Assembly (NCBI GenBank): GCA_964526365.1
Contig: CAZGLB010000002.1
Location: 1-38,359, forward strand
Reading direction: 5' to 3'
Source: an uncultured archaeon
GTDB lineage: Archaea > Iainarchaeota > Iainarchaeia > Iainarchaeales > CSSED10-239
Length of the DNA stretch: 38,359 bases
The notes under the pieces are model-generated. The model made no database searches, was not told the origin of the DNA, and worked only from the letters and a program-made list of their open reading frames with translations. Of the stretch, positions 25,343-34,083 are shown piece after piece (the stretch's first letter is position 1; every line of letters begins with the position of its first letter). The translations under genes and the position numbers were made by a program.

Positions 25343-26511
25343 TTAAAATAATAATTGTTTGATTTGGAAATTGCATCATCGACTAAGAGATCAATATCTT
25401 TAATATTGTTTTCTATGTACTTGACATCTGCAATGCTCCCCTTTGTCTTTGGGTGCTCTGCTACCATAAAGGAACAACAGTCTGGATATGGAAGTATTGA
25501 AGTTTCATAGGTTCCAATCTTTTGAGCAATTGCTATTATCTCGTCCTTATTAAGACCAATAAGTGGAGAAAAGACCGGAAACTTTGCAGCCTCATAAATG
25601 CAATTTAAATTTTCAAGAGTCTGAGATGCAACTTGGCCAACGGAGTCTCCTGTAACTATGCCAAGAGCATTTTCCTTATCCGCAATCTTGTTGATTATTC
25701 TAAACATAAATCTTCTGTAGATTATCATACGATAGTCTGCAGGAACTGCAATCAATAATTGTTTTTGAATATCTGAAAATGGAACCACAATTAGTTTTGT
25801 ATCTCCTTGATAGTCTTTTAAAATGCTGCAGAGCTTGAAGATTTTATCTTCTACTTCTTTTGTCACTAAATTATTGCTTTGAATATGCACATAAACTACT
25901 TTACAGCCTCTCTTGTTTAGCATATACCCAGAAACTGGACTATCAATGCCTCCAGAAAGAGAACAAACAACGTTTCCTGTTGAACCCACTGGAAGGCCAC
26001 CAATACTTTTGTATGAATCTTTATTAGTATAAACAAAAACCTCCTTTTCTGTAATCTCTACACCTATATCTAAATCCGAATTTTTTAGTTTAACTGGCTT
26101 TTTTAGTTTCATAAAAACATCCGCGCCAAACTCTGCATCTGCTTCTTGAGAAGTTAATGGGAATTTTTTAAAAGAACGTTTTGTAGTTACTCTAAAATTT
26201 ACAAAATCGTTTTCTTTGGACTTTGCAATATCAAAAACTAGTTTTTTTATTTCAAGGATATCTTGAGAACAAGAATAACAAAACGAAAAACTAGAAATCC
26301 CAGGAGTGTTCTCTAAATTTTTTTTTATAATAGAAAGATTAGAATCCTCTTTTAAAACAATTATTAATCTGCCATATCTTTTAAAGACATTTTGTATTTG
26401 AGGTCTACAGACATTACTAATATTTTTTAAAAGCTTGTTCTCAAAGATAAACCTATTATCTTTTTTTATTCCAATCTCTGAATAATGTATAATTATGTGC
26501 GTGGTTTTCAT
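25339..26511 (-). CDS. thiI: tRNA 4-thiouridine synthase ThiI (no rhodanese domain)
   Basis: 390 aa. N-terminal ferredoxin-like/THUMP region, PP-loop VCSLSGGIDSPV and GDSVGQVASQT. Confidence 0.9.
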   Translation of the reverse strand: MKTTHIIIHYSEIGIKKDNRFIFENKLLKNISNVCRPQIQNVFKRYGRLIIVLKEDSNLSIIKKNLENTPGISSFSFCYSCSQDILEIKKLVFDIAKSKENDFVNFRVTTKRSFKKFPLTSQEADAEFGADVFMKLKKPVKLKNSDLDIGVEITEKEVFVYTNKDSYKSIGGLPVGSTGNVVCSLSGGIDSPVSGYMLNKRGCKVVYVHIQSNNLVTKEVEDKIFKLCSILKDYQGDTKLIVVPFSDIQKQLLIAVPADYRMIIYRRFMFRIINKIADKENALGIVTGDSVGQVASQTLENLNCIYEAAKFPVFSPLIGLNKDEIIAIAQKIGTYETSILPYPDCCSFMVAEHPKTKGSIADVKYIENNIKDIDLLVDDAISKSNNYYFK

Positions 26512-26723
26512 TTTAAAATTCCTTCTAGGTATAGATATTTAAGAACAAAAACAAATTAAAAAGGCAACTAATTTCAAAAGATAAGGTTTATAAAGCTAAA
26601 GACCAGAAAATTAGCCAAAAAAGACAACTCAAGATAACAATTTGTTTTTATATATTTTGGTTCAATATTATATTACTATATATTTTTAGTAAAAAGGGGA
26701 ATAAACAAAAAAGGTGAATAAAA

Positions 26724-27068
26724 ATGGCATTTTTAGACAACGTTTTCTCAAAGAAGGGAGATTTAGATGTTGACGACTACTTAAACAATATGGAAGTTGA
26801 CGAGGAACCAGAAGAAGTAGATTTTTGGGTAAAATCAATAAACTTACAGACAAATGCTGAAGTAGAAGAGACAATAAGAGAATTAAAGGAGAAGAACCTT
26901 GTTCTTTTAGACATCGAGAACCTATCCAAGAGAAATGCACAAAGAGCAAAGCAATTTTTAGGACAAATAAAGATGTATGTTAAAGATACTGGCGGAGATA
27001 TAGCAATGATCTCAACATCAAAGATACTTTTAACACCATCAAAAGTAAAGATTTCTAAAAAAAGATAA
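26724..27068 (+). CDS. sepF: cell division protein SepF (DUF552)
   Basis: 114 aa. A short amphipathic N-terminus (MAFLDNVFSKKG) is followed by VKSINLQTNAEVEETIRELKEKNLVLLDIENLS...AKQFLGQIKMYVKDTGGDIAMISTSKILLTPSKVKI, which follows the SepF core pattern. AAGGTGA lies 7 nt upstream of the ATG. Confidence 0.75.
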   Translation: MAFLDNVFSKKGDLDVDDYLNNMEVDEEPEEVDFWVKSINLQTNAEVEETIRELKEKNLVLLDIENLSKRNAQRAKQFLGQIKMYVKDTGGDIAMISTSKILLTPSKVKISKKR

Positions 27069-27074
27069 TTGCAA

Positions 27075-27779
27075 ATGGAATTAAATAAACATTCCTTTCC
27101 TGTCAAAATAACTCTTGAGGACGCTATTTCAATATTCCAAAAAGAGTTTGACAAAAAAGGACACAAGGTAAAGATAAATAGAGAAAATCTTCACCTTAAT
27201 CTCACACCTTTCTGGGTATGCTTTTTCGATATTGATTGTAAAAATGATGGTAAATATCAGCACATCTCTGCACAGACTGCACTTAATTCTTTAACAAACA
27301 AGATTCAAGACGAATTTCTAAAACTTCTAGAAGTTTCAACACCACAAATTATTGATAGTATTGATGTTTCTTTAGAGAAAGTTGAAATCAGAGTTAAGAA
27401 ATCATTAATTAAGCTTGAAGAAGCAAAAGAAACAATTACAAAGATGCTTGCCTGTAAGTATAGTGTAGATAAGGCAAACATCTCTCTTAGCGGTTTTGAA
27501 GAAATGTATATCCCTATATGGAGATGCAATTTTGAAAACCTAGAACTTTATAGTGACGGAGTTATTGGAAAGATTAATAATTTTGAAAAGATAGACAAAA
27601 GACAAAAAGGTTCAAACGAAATCTTTTCAGAAATGCTTGAAGATATAAAAAGCCCTAAGATGTTTTTTAAATATTTTATTAATCTATTTTCTTGGATATT
27701 TAAAGTAATTATAAAAAACTGGTATCTTGTAGTTATTATGGTTATTATAATAGTTATTGCCTTTTTGGTATTATTTTAA
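27075..27779 (+). CDS. hypothetical tail-anchored protein with an internally duplicated module
   Basis: ATG lies 6 nt after the sepF stop. There is a single C-terminal TM (WYLVVIMVIIIVIAFLVLF). Two modules each carry LE(D/E)A...P(F/I)W.C.F (TPFWVCFF at about nt 27204-27227, IPIWRCNF at about nt 27510-27533). Confidence 0.5.
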   Translation: MELNKHSFPVKITLEDAISIFQKEFDKKGHKVKINRENLHLNLTPFWVCFFDIDCKNDGKYQHISAQTALNSLTNKIQDEFLKLLEVSTPQIIDSIDVSLEKVEIRVKKSLIKLEEAKETITKMLACKYSVDKANISLSGFEEMYIPIWRCNFENLELYSDGVIGKINNFEKIDKRQKGSNEIFSEMLEDIKSPKMFFKYFINLFSWIFKVIIKNWYLVVIMVIIIVIAFLVLF

Positions 27780-28687
27780 AGCAATAAATTATCAATATCT
27801 TCTTGAGTTTTTGCAATAGATAATTTCTCTCTTAATCTTTTGGAACCAGAAAAGCCAGAAACTAGTTGTAAGAGATTGTTCTTTTGATATTTTATACTTA
27901 GATTATATTTCTTAGACAACTCTAAAAATAATTTTATGTTTTCCTCTATTGTCTTTTGTTTCTTGTTAGCAATTAAAGAAAAAATACTTGGGTTGGTTAA
28001 TGCGCTTCTGCCAACCATTAATCCTGAAAAAACATCTATGTCTCTAAACATAGAATAGTTGTCTTTTGTTATATCTCCATTATAGATAACTGGAACAGAT
28101 AAATCTTTTGCAATCTTTTCTACTGCTTTATAATCAGAAGGAGTCTTATAGCCTTGTGTCTTTAGGCGGCCATGAATTGCTATAGCGTCTATATTTGCAG
28201 ACTCTAGAGTTTTTGAAATTTCAAAGATATTGTTTTTTTCAGTTCCAAGCCTGACTTTTGCAGTTATTTGCTTATCAGTTTGAAATTTAATATCTTTTAA
28301 AGTTTTTGAAACCTCTGCTATATCGTCTAGAAGAAAAGCACCAGACTTGCCAGCCTCAATCTTTGGAGAAGGACAGCCTAAATTAAAATCTATAATCTTA
28401 AATGGCAATTTCTCAATCTTTTCAAAAGCCTCTTTAGTTTTTTTAGAATCTCTAAAATCACCAACCAATTGAAGAGAAACAGGATAATCTTCGTCTTTTG
28501 TATTTAGCTCTGGGATATTTTCTAGAGGTTGATTAAGAATGTGGTTGATATGCACCATCTCTGTATAAGGCAAAGCACAGCCATTTTCTACACACAGACG
28601 CCTAAACGAAAGATTGGTATACTCTAACATCGGCGCAAGAATCGCTTTATTTTTTATAGTGATTTTTCCAATTTTAAATGCTTTCAT
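27776..28687 (-). CDS. dus: tRNA-dihydrouridine synthase (Dus family)
   Basis: 303 aa. LAPMLEYTNLSFRRLC, IDFNLGCP (catalytic Cys) and IAIHGRLK. Confidence 0.85.
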   Translation of the reverse strand: MKAFKIGKITIKNKAILAPMLEYTNLSFRRLCVENGCALPYTEMVHINHILNQPLENIPELNTKDEDYPVSLQLVGDFRDSKKTKEAFEKIEKLPFKIIDFNLGCPSPKIEAGKSGAFLLDDIAEVSKTLKDIKFQTDKQITAKVRLGTEKNNIFEISKTLESANIDAIAIHGRLKTQGYKTPSDYKAVEKIAKDLSVPVIYNGDITKDNYSMFRDIDVFSGLMVGRSALTNPSIFSLIANKKQKTIEENIKLFLELSKKYNLSIKYQKNNLLQLVSGFSGSKRLREKLSIAKTQEDIDNLLL

Positions 28688-28764
28688 AATAAAAATGATT
28701 TATTTATATAGTTTTTATATATTATATTATATAAGAAAAAGAATAAAAAGACGTGAACTAATTT

Positions 28765-30057
28765 ATGAAGGCAGATAAAAAAACGTTATTCTCTATATTT
28801 ATAGTATTGTTATTTGTTGGATCGTTATTTGCTATAATGACTTATGGTAGTGGCAGAAATACCGCTCCAAACACAGACATTAACGGAATACCAGACACTA
28901 ATACCGAACCGGTAAACTATCAGGCACAATTTGATGCAAACATTTCTGAAATCTTTTCACAGATGATTGTTGCGGGAAGACCAATAGAATATGATCAAGC
29001 AGGAATTGAAAATAAACTTCTAGAGCTACAAGGCATAAAAAACAAAACTCTTTCTTTTAGACAAGCAGCAGACGGAAACATAAATCTAATAATTACTATT
29101 AGCTATATGCCAGACAAAAAAGAAGAAATTATTTCACAGATTAGCCAAATGGCAATTATTGAAGAACCTATTGAATTTTATCAACAAGCATTACTTGATA
29201 TACCAGAAGACGTAAACTTCACAAACGACTCTAATCAAACAGTGTCGTACTATTTTGGAGAAACACCAATGGAGGGCGTTGTTAATATTGAAAGCCTAAA
29301 AGGAGACAGCATAAGTGTTGCTTGTTATGCTAGTTTTTCAGGTAATGAACTAATAAGCGCAACAGGAATTGAAACATATAATAATAGCGGCTCGCCACAA
29401 ATGCTTGTAAGCTCCGGAGATTTTAATGTTGTTGGATATGAACCACAAATATCTTTACAAGCAGAAACTATGCTAATTGGCTCTAAAGACAAAAATGATC
29501 TGGAAGCAGAAATAAAAAAAGACTATAACGATACAGAGTTTTCATATAATATTTCACAAAATCTAATCTATAATATTTCTGAAGACAAAAATTTAGAAAA
29601 TATAGAAACAGACGTGAATGCTCTAAAAAATAACTTAAAGATATCAGACTATTCTCTAGATACTGAAGCAAAAACTTTAGAGGTATATCTAAAAGAAGAC
29701 ACAACTATTGAAGATTACAATTTATTAAAAACACAAATTAAAGACTTAACTGGTTCTTTAACAACAACTAGCGAACCAAAGACAAATCTTAATATTCTTT
29801 TTAATTATTCTGAAATTAATATCGCAAAGATTAACGAAATAGTCAGTAGCTTTGGATTTGAAAATTCAAAATATAAAACCACAGCCATTGTAGATACAAG
29901 TGATCTTGTGATTGAAGAAAAGAACTATCAATACGAAAAAACAACAACGCAGGCAAGCGTTAATTACCCAGAAGACCTTAACAAAACCACATTAACATTA
30001 AACATACAAGCATATGCACAAAGAGACAAGATACTATATCTTGGATTAATGAAATAG
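28765..30057 (+). CDS. hypothetical secreted or membrane-anchored protein (430 aa), rich in N-glycosylation sequons
   Basis: N-terminal anchor KKTLFSIFIVLLFVGSLFAIMTY, then an Asn/Thr/Glu-rich ectodomain with about 10 N-x-S/T sequons by my count. I recognise no family. Confidence 0.55.
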   Translation: MKADKKTLFSIFIVLLFVGSLFAIMTYGSGRNTAPNTDINGIPDTNTEPVNYQAQFDANISEIFSQMIVAGRPIEYDQAGIENKLLELQGIKNKTLSFRQAADGNINLIITISYMPDKKEEIISQISQMAIIEEPIEFYQQALLDIPEDVNFTNDSNQTVSYYFGETPMEGVVNIESLKGDSISVACYASFSGNELISATGIETYNNSGSPQMLVSSGDFNVVGYEPQISLQAETMLIGSKDKNDLEAEIKKDYNDTEFSYNISQNLIYNISEDKNLENIETDVNALKNNLKISDYSLDTEAKTLEVYLKEDTTIEDYNLLKTQIKDLTGSLTTTSEPKTNLNILFNYSEINIAKINEIVSSFGFENSKYKTTAIVDTSDLVIEEKNYQYEKTTTQASVNYPEDLNKTTLTLNIQAYAQRDKILYLGLMK

Positions 30058-30063
30058 AATTGC

Positions 30064-30393
30064 TTATTGCAAGAGCTCTATAGCTTTTGCAATATCTCCA
30101 GAGGTTTTCTCAAGAGCTGCTTTTGCTTCTGTCTCGGTTTTTCCTGTGGCAGAAACCACCATGTCGATATCTTCTTTTGGAATCTCTCCTTCTTCTTTTA
30201 TATCTCCCATGATTTGAAAGGTCTTTTGGCCTTGCATAGAGACTTCAGTTACTGTTGGGTTTTCAATAATTATTTTTTTAGAATCTGTTTCTATAATTAC
30301 ACGTTTAGCAGGTATTTCTTTATTCTCTATACCCATCTGCTTCATCATGCTTTGCATTCTTCTAGGATCAATTCCGCCAAAACTCATAATCAT
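30064..30393 (-). CDS. nac: nascent polypeptide-associated complex protein (aNAC) with C-terminal UBA
   Basis: M(IM)SFGGIDPRRMQSMMKQMGIENKEIPAKRVIIETDSKKIIIENPTVTEVSMQGQKTFQI (NAC domain) and TETEAKAALEKTSGDIAKAIELLQ (UBA). The upstream 35 codons in the ORF track are hydrophobic junk, so I start at ATG 30393 (or 30387). Confidence 0.8.
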   Translation of the reverse strand: MIMSFGGIDPRRMQSMMKQMGIENKEIPAKRVIIETDSKKIIIENPTVTEVSMQGQKTFQIMGDIKEEGEIPKEDIDMVVSATGKTETEAKAALEKTSGDIAKAIELLQ

Positions 30394-30530
30394 CACTTTT
30401 AATATAATTAAAGATAAGAAATAATTATAAATAGAATAATTTTTGTAAAAACCAGAAAAAGGCACGCAAAATTTAAAATTTACAAAAAAACAAACCAACT
30501 ATATTTAAATACATTAAATCAGTAATATAT

Positions 30531-30764
30531 ATGCGAAAAAATATGAAATTTGATGTAATTTTAGAAAAACAAGAAGCCGGCGGATATACTGCTTATGTTC
30601 CATCTTTGCCTGGCTGCATCTCAGAAGGAGAGACCGAAAAAGAAACTCTAGAAAACATAAAAGAAGCAATAGAAATCTATACTGACGAGATAAACAAAAC
30701 AAAACTTAAAACTCTTGTTTCTTCGGTGTATGTTAAACAAATGCAAGTGAGCATTAATGTCTAA
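30531..30764 (+). CDS. hicB: HicB-family antitoxin (UPF0150-type N-domain only)
   Basis: KFDVILEKQEAGGYTAYVPSLPGCISEGETEKETLENIKEAIEIY is the typical HicB/UPF0150 core. At 77 aa there is no room for a separate DNA-binding domain. Confidence 0.75.
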   Translation: MRKNMKFDVILEKQEAGGYTAYVPSLPGCISEGETEKETLENIKEAIEIYTDEINKTKLKTLVSSVYVKQMQVSINV

Positions 30765-30972
30765 ATTACAAAATACTTCATCTAAGGAAATCTGCTCAAT
30801 AATAGAAAAACAAGGCTATGCTTTTGTAAGACAAAAAGGCAGTCACCTGATTTTTAAAAACAAAGAAAATAAATTAATGGTTATACCTAATCACAAAATT
30901 CTAAAAATTGGGACAATACATCACATACTTAAAGCTTTAAAAATACCAAAAGACGATTTAAAAAAACTATAA
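30757..30972 (+). CDS. hicA: HicA-family mRNA interferase toxin
   Basis: SSKEICSIIEKQGYAFVRQKGSHLIFKN...VIPNHK.LKIGTIHHILK is the HicA (YcfA) pattern including the GSH motif. 8-nt overlap with hicB. Confidence 0.8.
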   Translation: MSKLQNTSSKEICSIIEKQGYAFVRQKGSHLIFKNKENKLMVIPNHKILKIGTIHHILKALKIPKDDLKKL

Positions 30973-31025
30973 AGCTTTAAAAACAGTTAGTTTAATTCTT
31001 CTATACAAGACTAAGTGTATTAAAT

Positions 31026-31655
31026 ATGCCACTAACCAAAACAATAAACAACTATGATGCTTTCGTACAGGAATTAAAGCTAGAAAAAACTAACGATAAG
31101 GCATATATGGATGCTTTTTTTAAACGCAAATTTATTATACTTGAAGACAAAAAAATAATACACCCAAAAATTCGAGACCTAGAAGAAAAGATTAAAGAAC
31201 TAGAAATTGCAAAAGACAAACTTAAAGGTTTAAAAAAATACTGGGAAAAAGAAAAAGACAAGGCACAGAACTACTATAGAGATATTAAATTTAAAAAATA
31301 TCTAAAAGGCAAATTCTGGAAACACAAGATTAAACAAGCAACAAACCCAGAATATAGAGAAGATGTAATTAACTGTAAGCTAACAGACGAAGTATTAATG
31401 GATCCAGAATATGGAACATTAGCAGACACCTTCTTAGTGGACTATGACTACAGAAAGAAACTAGCAGACACTGTTAATCGCTCAATCATTTACAAAGACA
31501 ATGTTATTGGAGACCATAACAAGAAAAGACAACAATTTAAGAAAGAAAACGCACAAATCAAGGTTGACCAAGTAACTGAAAAACTACATTTAACAAACCT
31601 AGAGATTCTTGCTTTTGAAACTGTAATCAAATATATTAAACTTATTAACAAATAA
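31026..31655 (+). CDS. hypothetical Lys-rich protein (209 aa)
   Basis: ORF with coiled-coil-like Lys/Glu segments. I recognise no family. It lies 53 nt downstream of hicA. Confidence 0.45.
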   Translation: MPLTKTINNYDAFVQELKLEKTNDKAYMDAFFKRKFIILEDKKIIHPKIRDLEEKIKELEIAKDKLKGLKKYWEKEKDKAQNYYRDIKFKKYLKGKFWKHKIKQATNPEYREDVINCKLTDEVLMDPEYGTLADTFLVDYDYRKKLADTVNRSIIYKDNVIGDHNKKRQQFKKENAQIKVDQVTEKLHLTNLEILAFETVIKYIKLINK

Positions 31656-31711
31656 TAAAAACAACCGTTTTTAAAAAGTTAATTTCCATATATTATATTA
31701 GGGAATAACTT

Positions 31712-34081
31712 ATGGCACTAGACAAATGGAACAAAGACCTAGAAAAAGAAATTATAAAAGAAGAACTAGAATCTAGAGTTTTTGAATTTATTGAAAATAA
31801 TAAACCTTTGTATAGTATAGACACACCACCACCATACATTAATAGCCCTGTTCATATTGGACATGCCGCTACTTACTCAATTATGGATTTTATATCTAGA
31901 TATAAGAGACTAAAAGGATTTAATGTCTTGTTCCCTTTAGGACTTGACAGAAACGGCCTGCCAATCGAGATGGCTGCAGAAAAGAAATTTAAGATTTCTA
32001 TTCTTAATACTGATAGAGAAACTTATATTGGTTATTGTAAAAAGATTCTAGAAGAAACAACCACAGAAACCAGCAAAAGCTTTTCAATGCTTGGCATTTC
32101 TTTTAATTGCTACGAAGATACAGGTAAAATTGGTTCAGTCTATAAGACAGACTCAGAAAAATACAGAACACTAACACAAGAAACCTTTATTGAGCTTTAC
32201 AAGAAAGGACTAATCTATCTTGACGAAAAAGTAACTAACTATTGTCCTGGCTGTAAGACTACTCTTGCTGACTCAGAAATTGATTATAATATTATTGATT
32301 CTAAATTTTACACTATTTTGTTTGAAGTAAAAGAAACTGGAGAAAAGATACCGATCGCAACCACTAGACCAGAACTTGTCTGCTCTCTTGGAATGGTCAT
32401 ATTTAATCCAGAAGACGAGAGATGGCAAAAACTTGAAGGAAAGACTGCTATTTCTCCATTGTTTAATAGAGAAGTGCCAATTAAAGCACACCCTATGGCA
32501 AAACTAGACAAGGGAACTGGTCTTGTCATGATGTGTTCTGCTGGGGACTACTCAGATATTCGGTTTTTTATAGAACAAGGAATTAAACCTATAATCTCTA
32601 TTGATATTACTGGAAAAATGAATCAGAACGCAGAATTTTTAAAAGACCTTAGCGTTAAAGAAGCAAGACTAAAAATGGTTGAAGAACTAAAAGCACATAA
32701 TCTTGTAATCGAAGAAAAGACTATACAGCACAAGGTTCCAATATGCGAAAGATCAAAACACGAGATAGAGTTTATTTCTTTAAAAGAATACTATCTTAAA
32801 CAAATGGATTATATTAAGAAGATGAAAGAAATTGCAGAAAAGGTAAACTTCACAAACCCTGCAACAAAAAAGATTCTTCTTGACTGGCTTGAAGTTGTTT
32901 CAATTGATTGGCCAATCTCCAGAAGAAGATATTATGCTACTGAAATTCCAATATGGTATTGTAAAAAATGCGGAGAAGCAATACTTGGAGAAATTGGAAA
33001 ATACCATCAGCCTTGGAAAGAAAAATCCCCTGTTGAGAAATGCCCAAAGTGTGGCTCAACTGAAATTGAAGGAGAAACAAGAGTTTTTGATACTTGGTTT
33101 GATTCCTCGATATCTCCATTGTTTGTTCTTAATTATGGTAGCGAGTTTTATAAGAAACACCCAATCTGCACACTTAGGCCACAAGGAAAAGAAATTGTTA
33201 GAACTTGGTTGTATTATACGCTTTTGAAATGTTATTTGTTTACTGACAAAATTATTTTTGATGACGTCTATATACATCAGCACATACTAGACGACAAAGG
33301 AAATAAGATGGCAAAATCTTTAGGAAACGCCATTGACCCACAAGAGATATTAAGAGACTATGGCGCAGAAGCCTTTAGACTTTGGGTAGCAGACGAAGGA
33401 AACCTTAATGAAAAGGATTTAAAGTGTTCAAAAGACAGAATATCAACAGAACAAAAAACACTAAACAAACTTTGGAATGCTAGTAAGTTTATTTCTCAGT
33501 TTAAAAGAATCGAAGGCGTAAATTCTGAATTTTCAGAACTGGATAAAGCAGCACTAAAGGAAATAAACAACTTGATTGAATATTGTGATAAGAAATATCA
33601 GGAATATGATTTTCACGAGCCAATTGTTAAACTAAAATATTTCCTTTGGACTACTCTTTCATCACATTACTTAGAGCTTGTTAAAAGTAGAGCTTATAAC
33701 CAAGAAGGCGCATTTAGTAAAGCAGAACAAAATGCAGCAATTGATACTCTTAATTATTGTTTGGAAAGACTATTGGTGTTGCTGTTTCCAGTCATTCCAT
33801 TTACAACGCACAAAATACTTCTAGAACTATTTGAAAATAATCCAAATACTGAAAGTTATCCTGGAATTGAGAAATTTGAAAGCACATTAAGTTTAGAAGA
33901 CATTGAGAACTTAAATAACGCCATATGGAAATACAAAAAAGACTCTAACCTTTCATTAAAAGACCAGATTAATAATCTTAAACTTAATAACAAATATCGC
34001 GTATTTGAAAAAGACATTAAAAAAACACATAATGTTTTAAATATTGAGTATATTAATATTGATAGTATAGAAGTGAAATAA
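31712..34081 (+). CDS. valS: valine--tRNA ligase (archaeal type, compact)
   Basis: 789 aa class Ia aaRS. YSIDTPPPYINSPVHIGHA (HIGH), FPLGLDRNGLPIE, TTRPEL, DWPISRRRYYATEIPIWYC and KMAKSLGN (KMSKS). The IDTPPP and DxNGLP(I/T)E motifs point to ValRS rather than Leu/IleRS. Confidence 0.8.
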   Translation: MALDKWNKDLEKEIIKEELESRVFEFIENNKPLYSIDTPPPYINSPVHIGHAATYSIMDFISRYKRLKGFNVLFPLGLDRNGLPIEMAAEKKFKISILNTDRETYIGYCKKILEETTTETSKSFSMLGISFNCYEDTGKIGSVYKTDSEKYRTLTQETFIELYKKGLIYLDEKVTNYCPGCKTTLADSEIDYNIIDSKFYTILFEVKETGEKIPIATTRPELVCSLGMVIFNPEDERWQKLEGKTAISPLFNREVPIKAHPMAKLDKGTGLVMMCSAGDYSDIRFFIEQGIKPIISIDITGKMNQNAEFLKDLSVKEARLKMVEELKAHNLVIEEKTIQHKVPICERSKHEIEFISLKEYYLKQMDYIKKMKEIAEKVNFTNPATKKILLDWLEVVSIDWPISRRRYYATEIPIWYCKKCGEAILGEIGKYHQPWKEKSPVEKCPKCGSTEIEGETRVFDTWFDSSISPLFVLNYGSEFYKKHPICTLRPQGKEIVRTWLYYTLLKCYLFTDKIIFDDVYIHQHILDDKGNKMAKSLGNAIDPQEILRDYGAEAFRLWVADEGNLNEKDLKCSKDRISTEQKTLNKLWNASKFISQFKRIEGVNSEFSELDKAALKEINNLIEYCDKKYQEYDFHEPIVKLKYFLWTTLSSHYLELVKSRAYNQEGAFSKAEQNAAIDTLNYCLERLLVLLFPVIPFTTHKILLELFENNPNTESYPGIEKFESTLSLEDIENLNNAIWKYKKDSNLSLKDQINNLKLNNKYRVFEKDIKKTHNVLNIEYINIDSIEVK

Positions 34082-34083
34082 AT

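Noticed and set aside
26512-26723. The 212-nt thiI/sepF spacer as a hidden ncRNA or tRNA gene.
   Set aside because: I saw no G+C-rich stems, tRNA-like cloverleaf segments or C/D-box (RUGAUGA...CUGA) arrangement by eye. It reads as a divergent AT-rich promoter region with TATA-like elements and an AAGGTGA Shine-Dalgarno for sepF. A covariance-model scan with Infernal/Rfam or tRNAscan-SE would be needed to exclude an RNA gene properly.
30394-30498. The N-terminal 35-codon extension of the NAC ORF in the ORF track. Similar upstream extensions occur at 10275, 18577, 27069, 34578 and 5253.
   Set aside because: The extensions encode hydrophobic or nonsense-looking peptides that are absent from the known families. 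Internal ATGs give canonical N-termini and remove or reduce overlaps with neighbouring genes.
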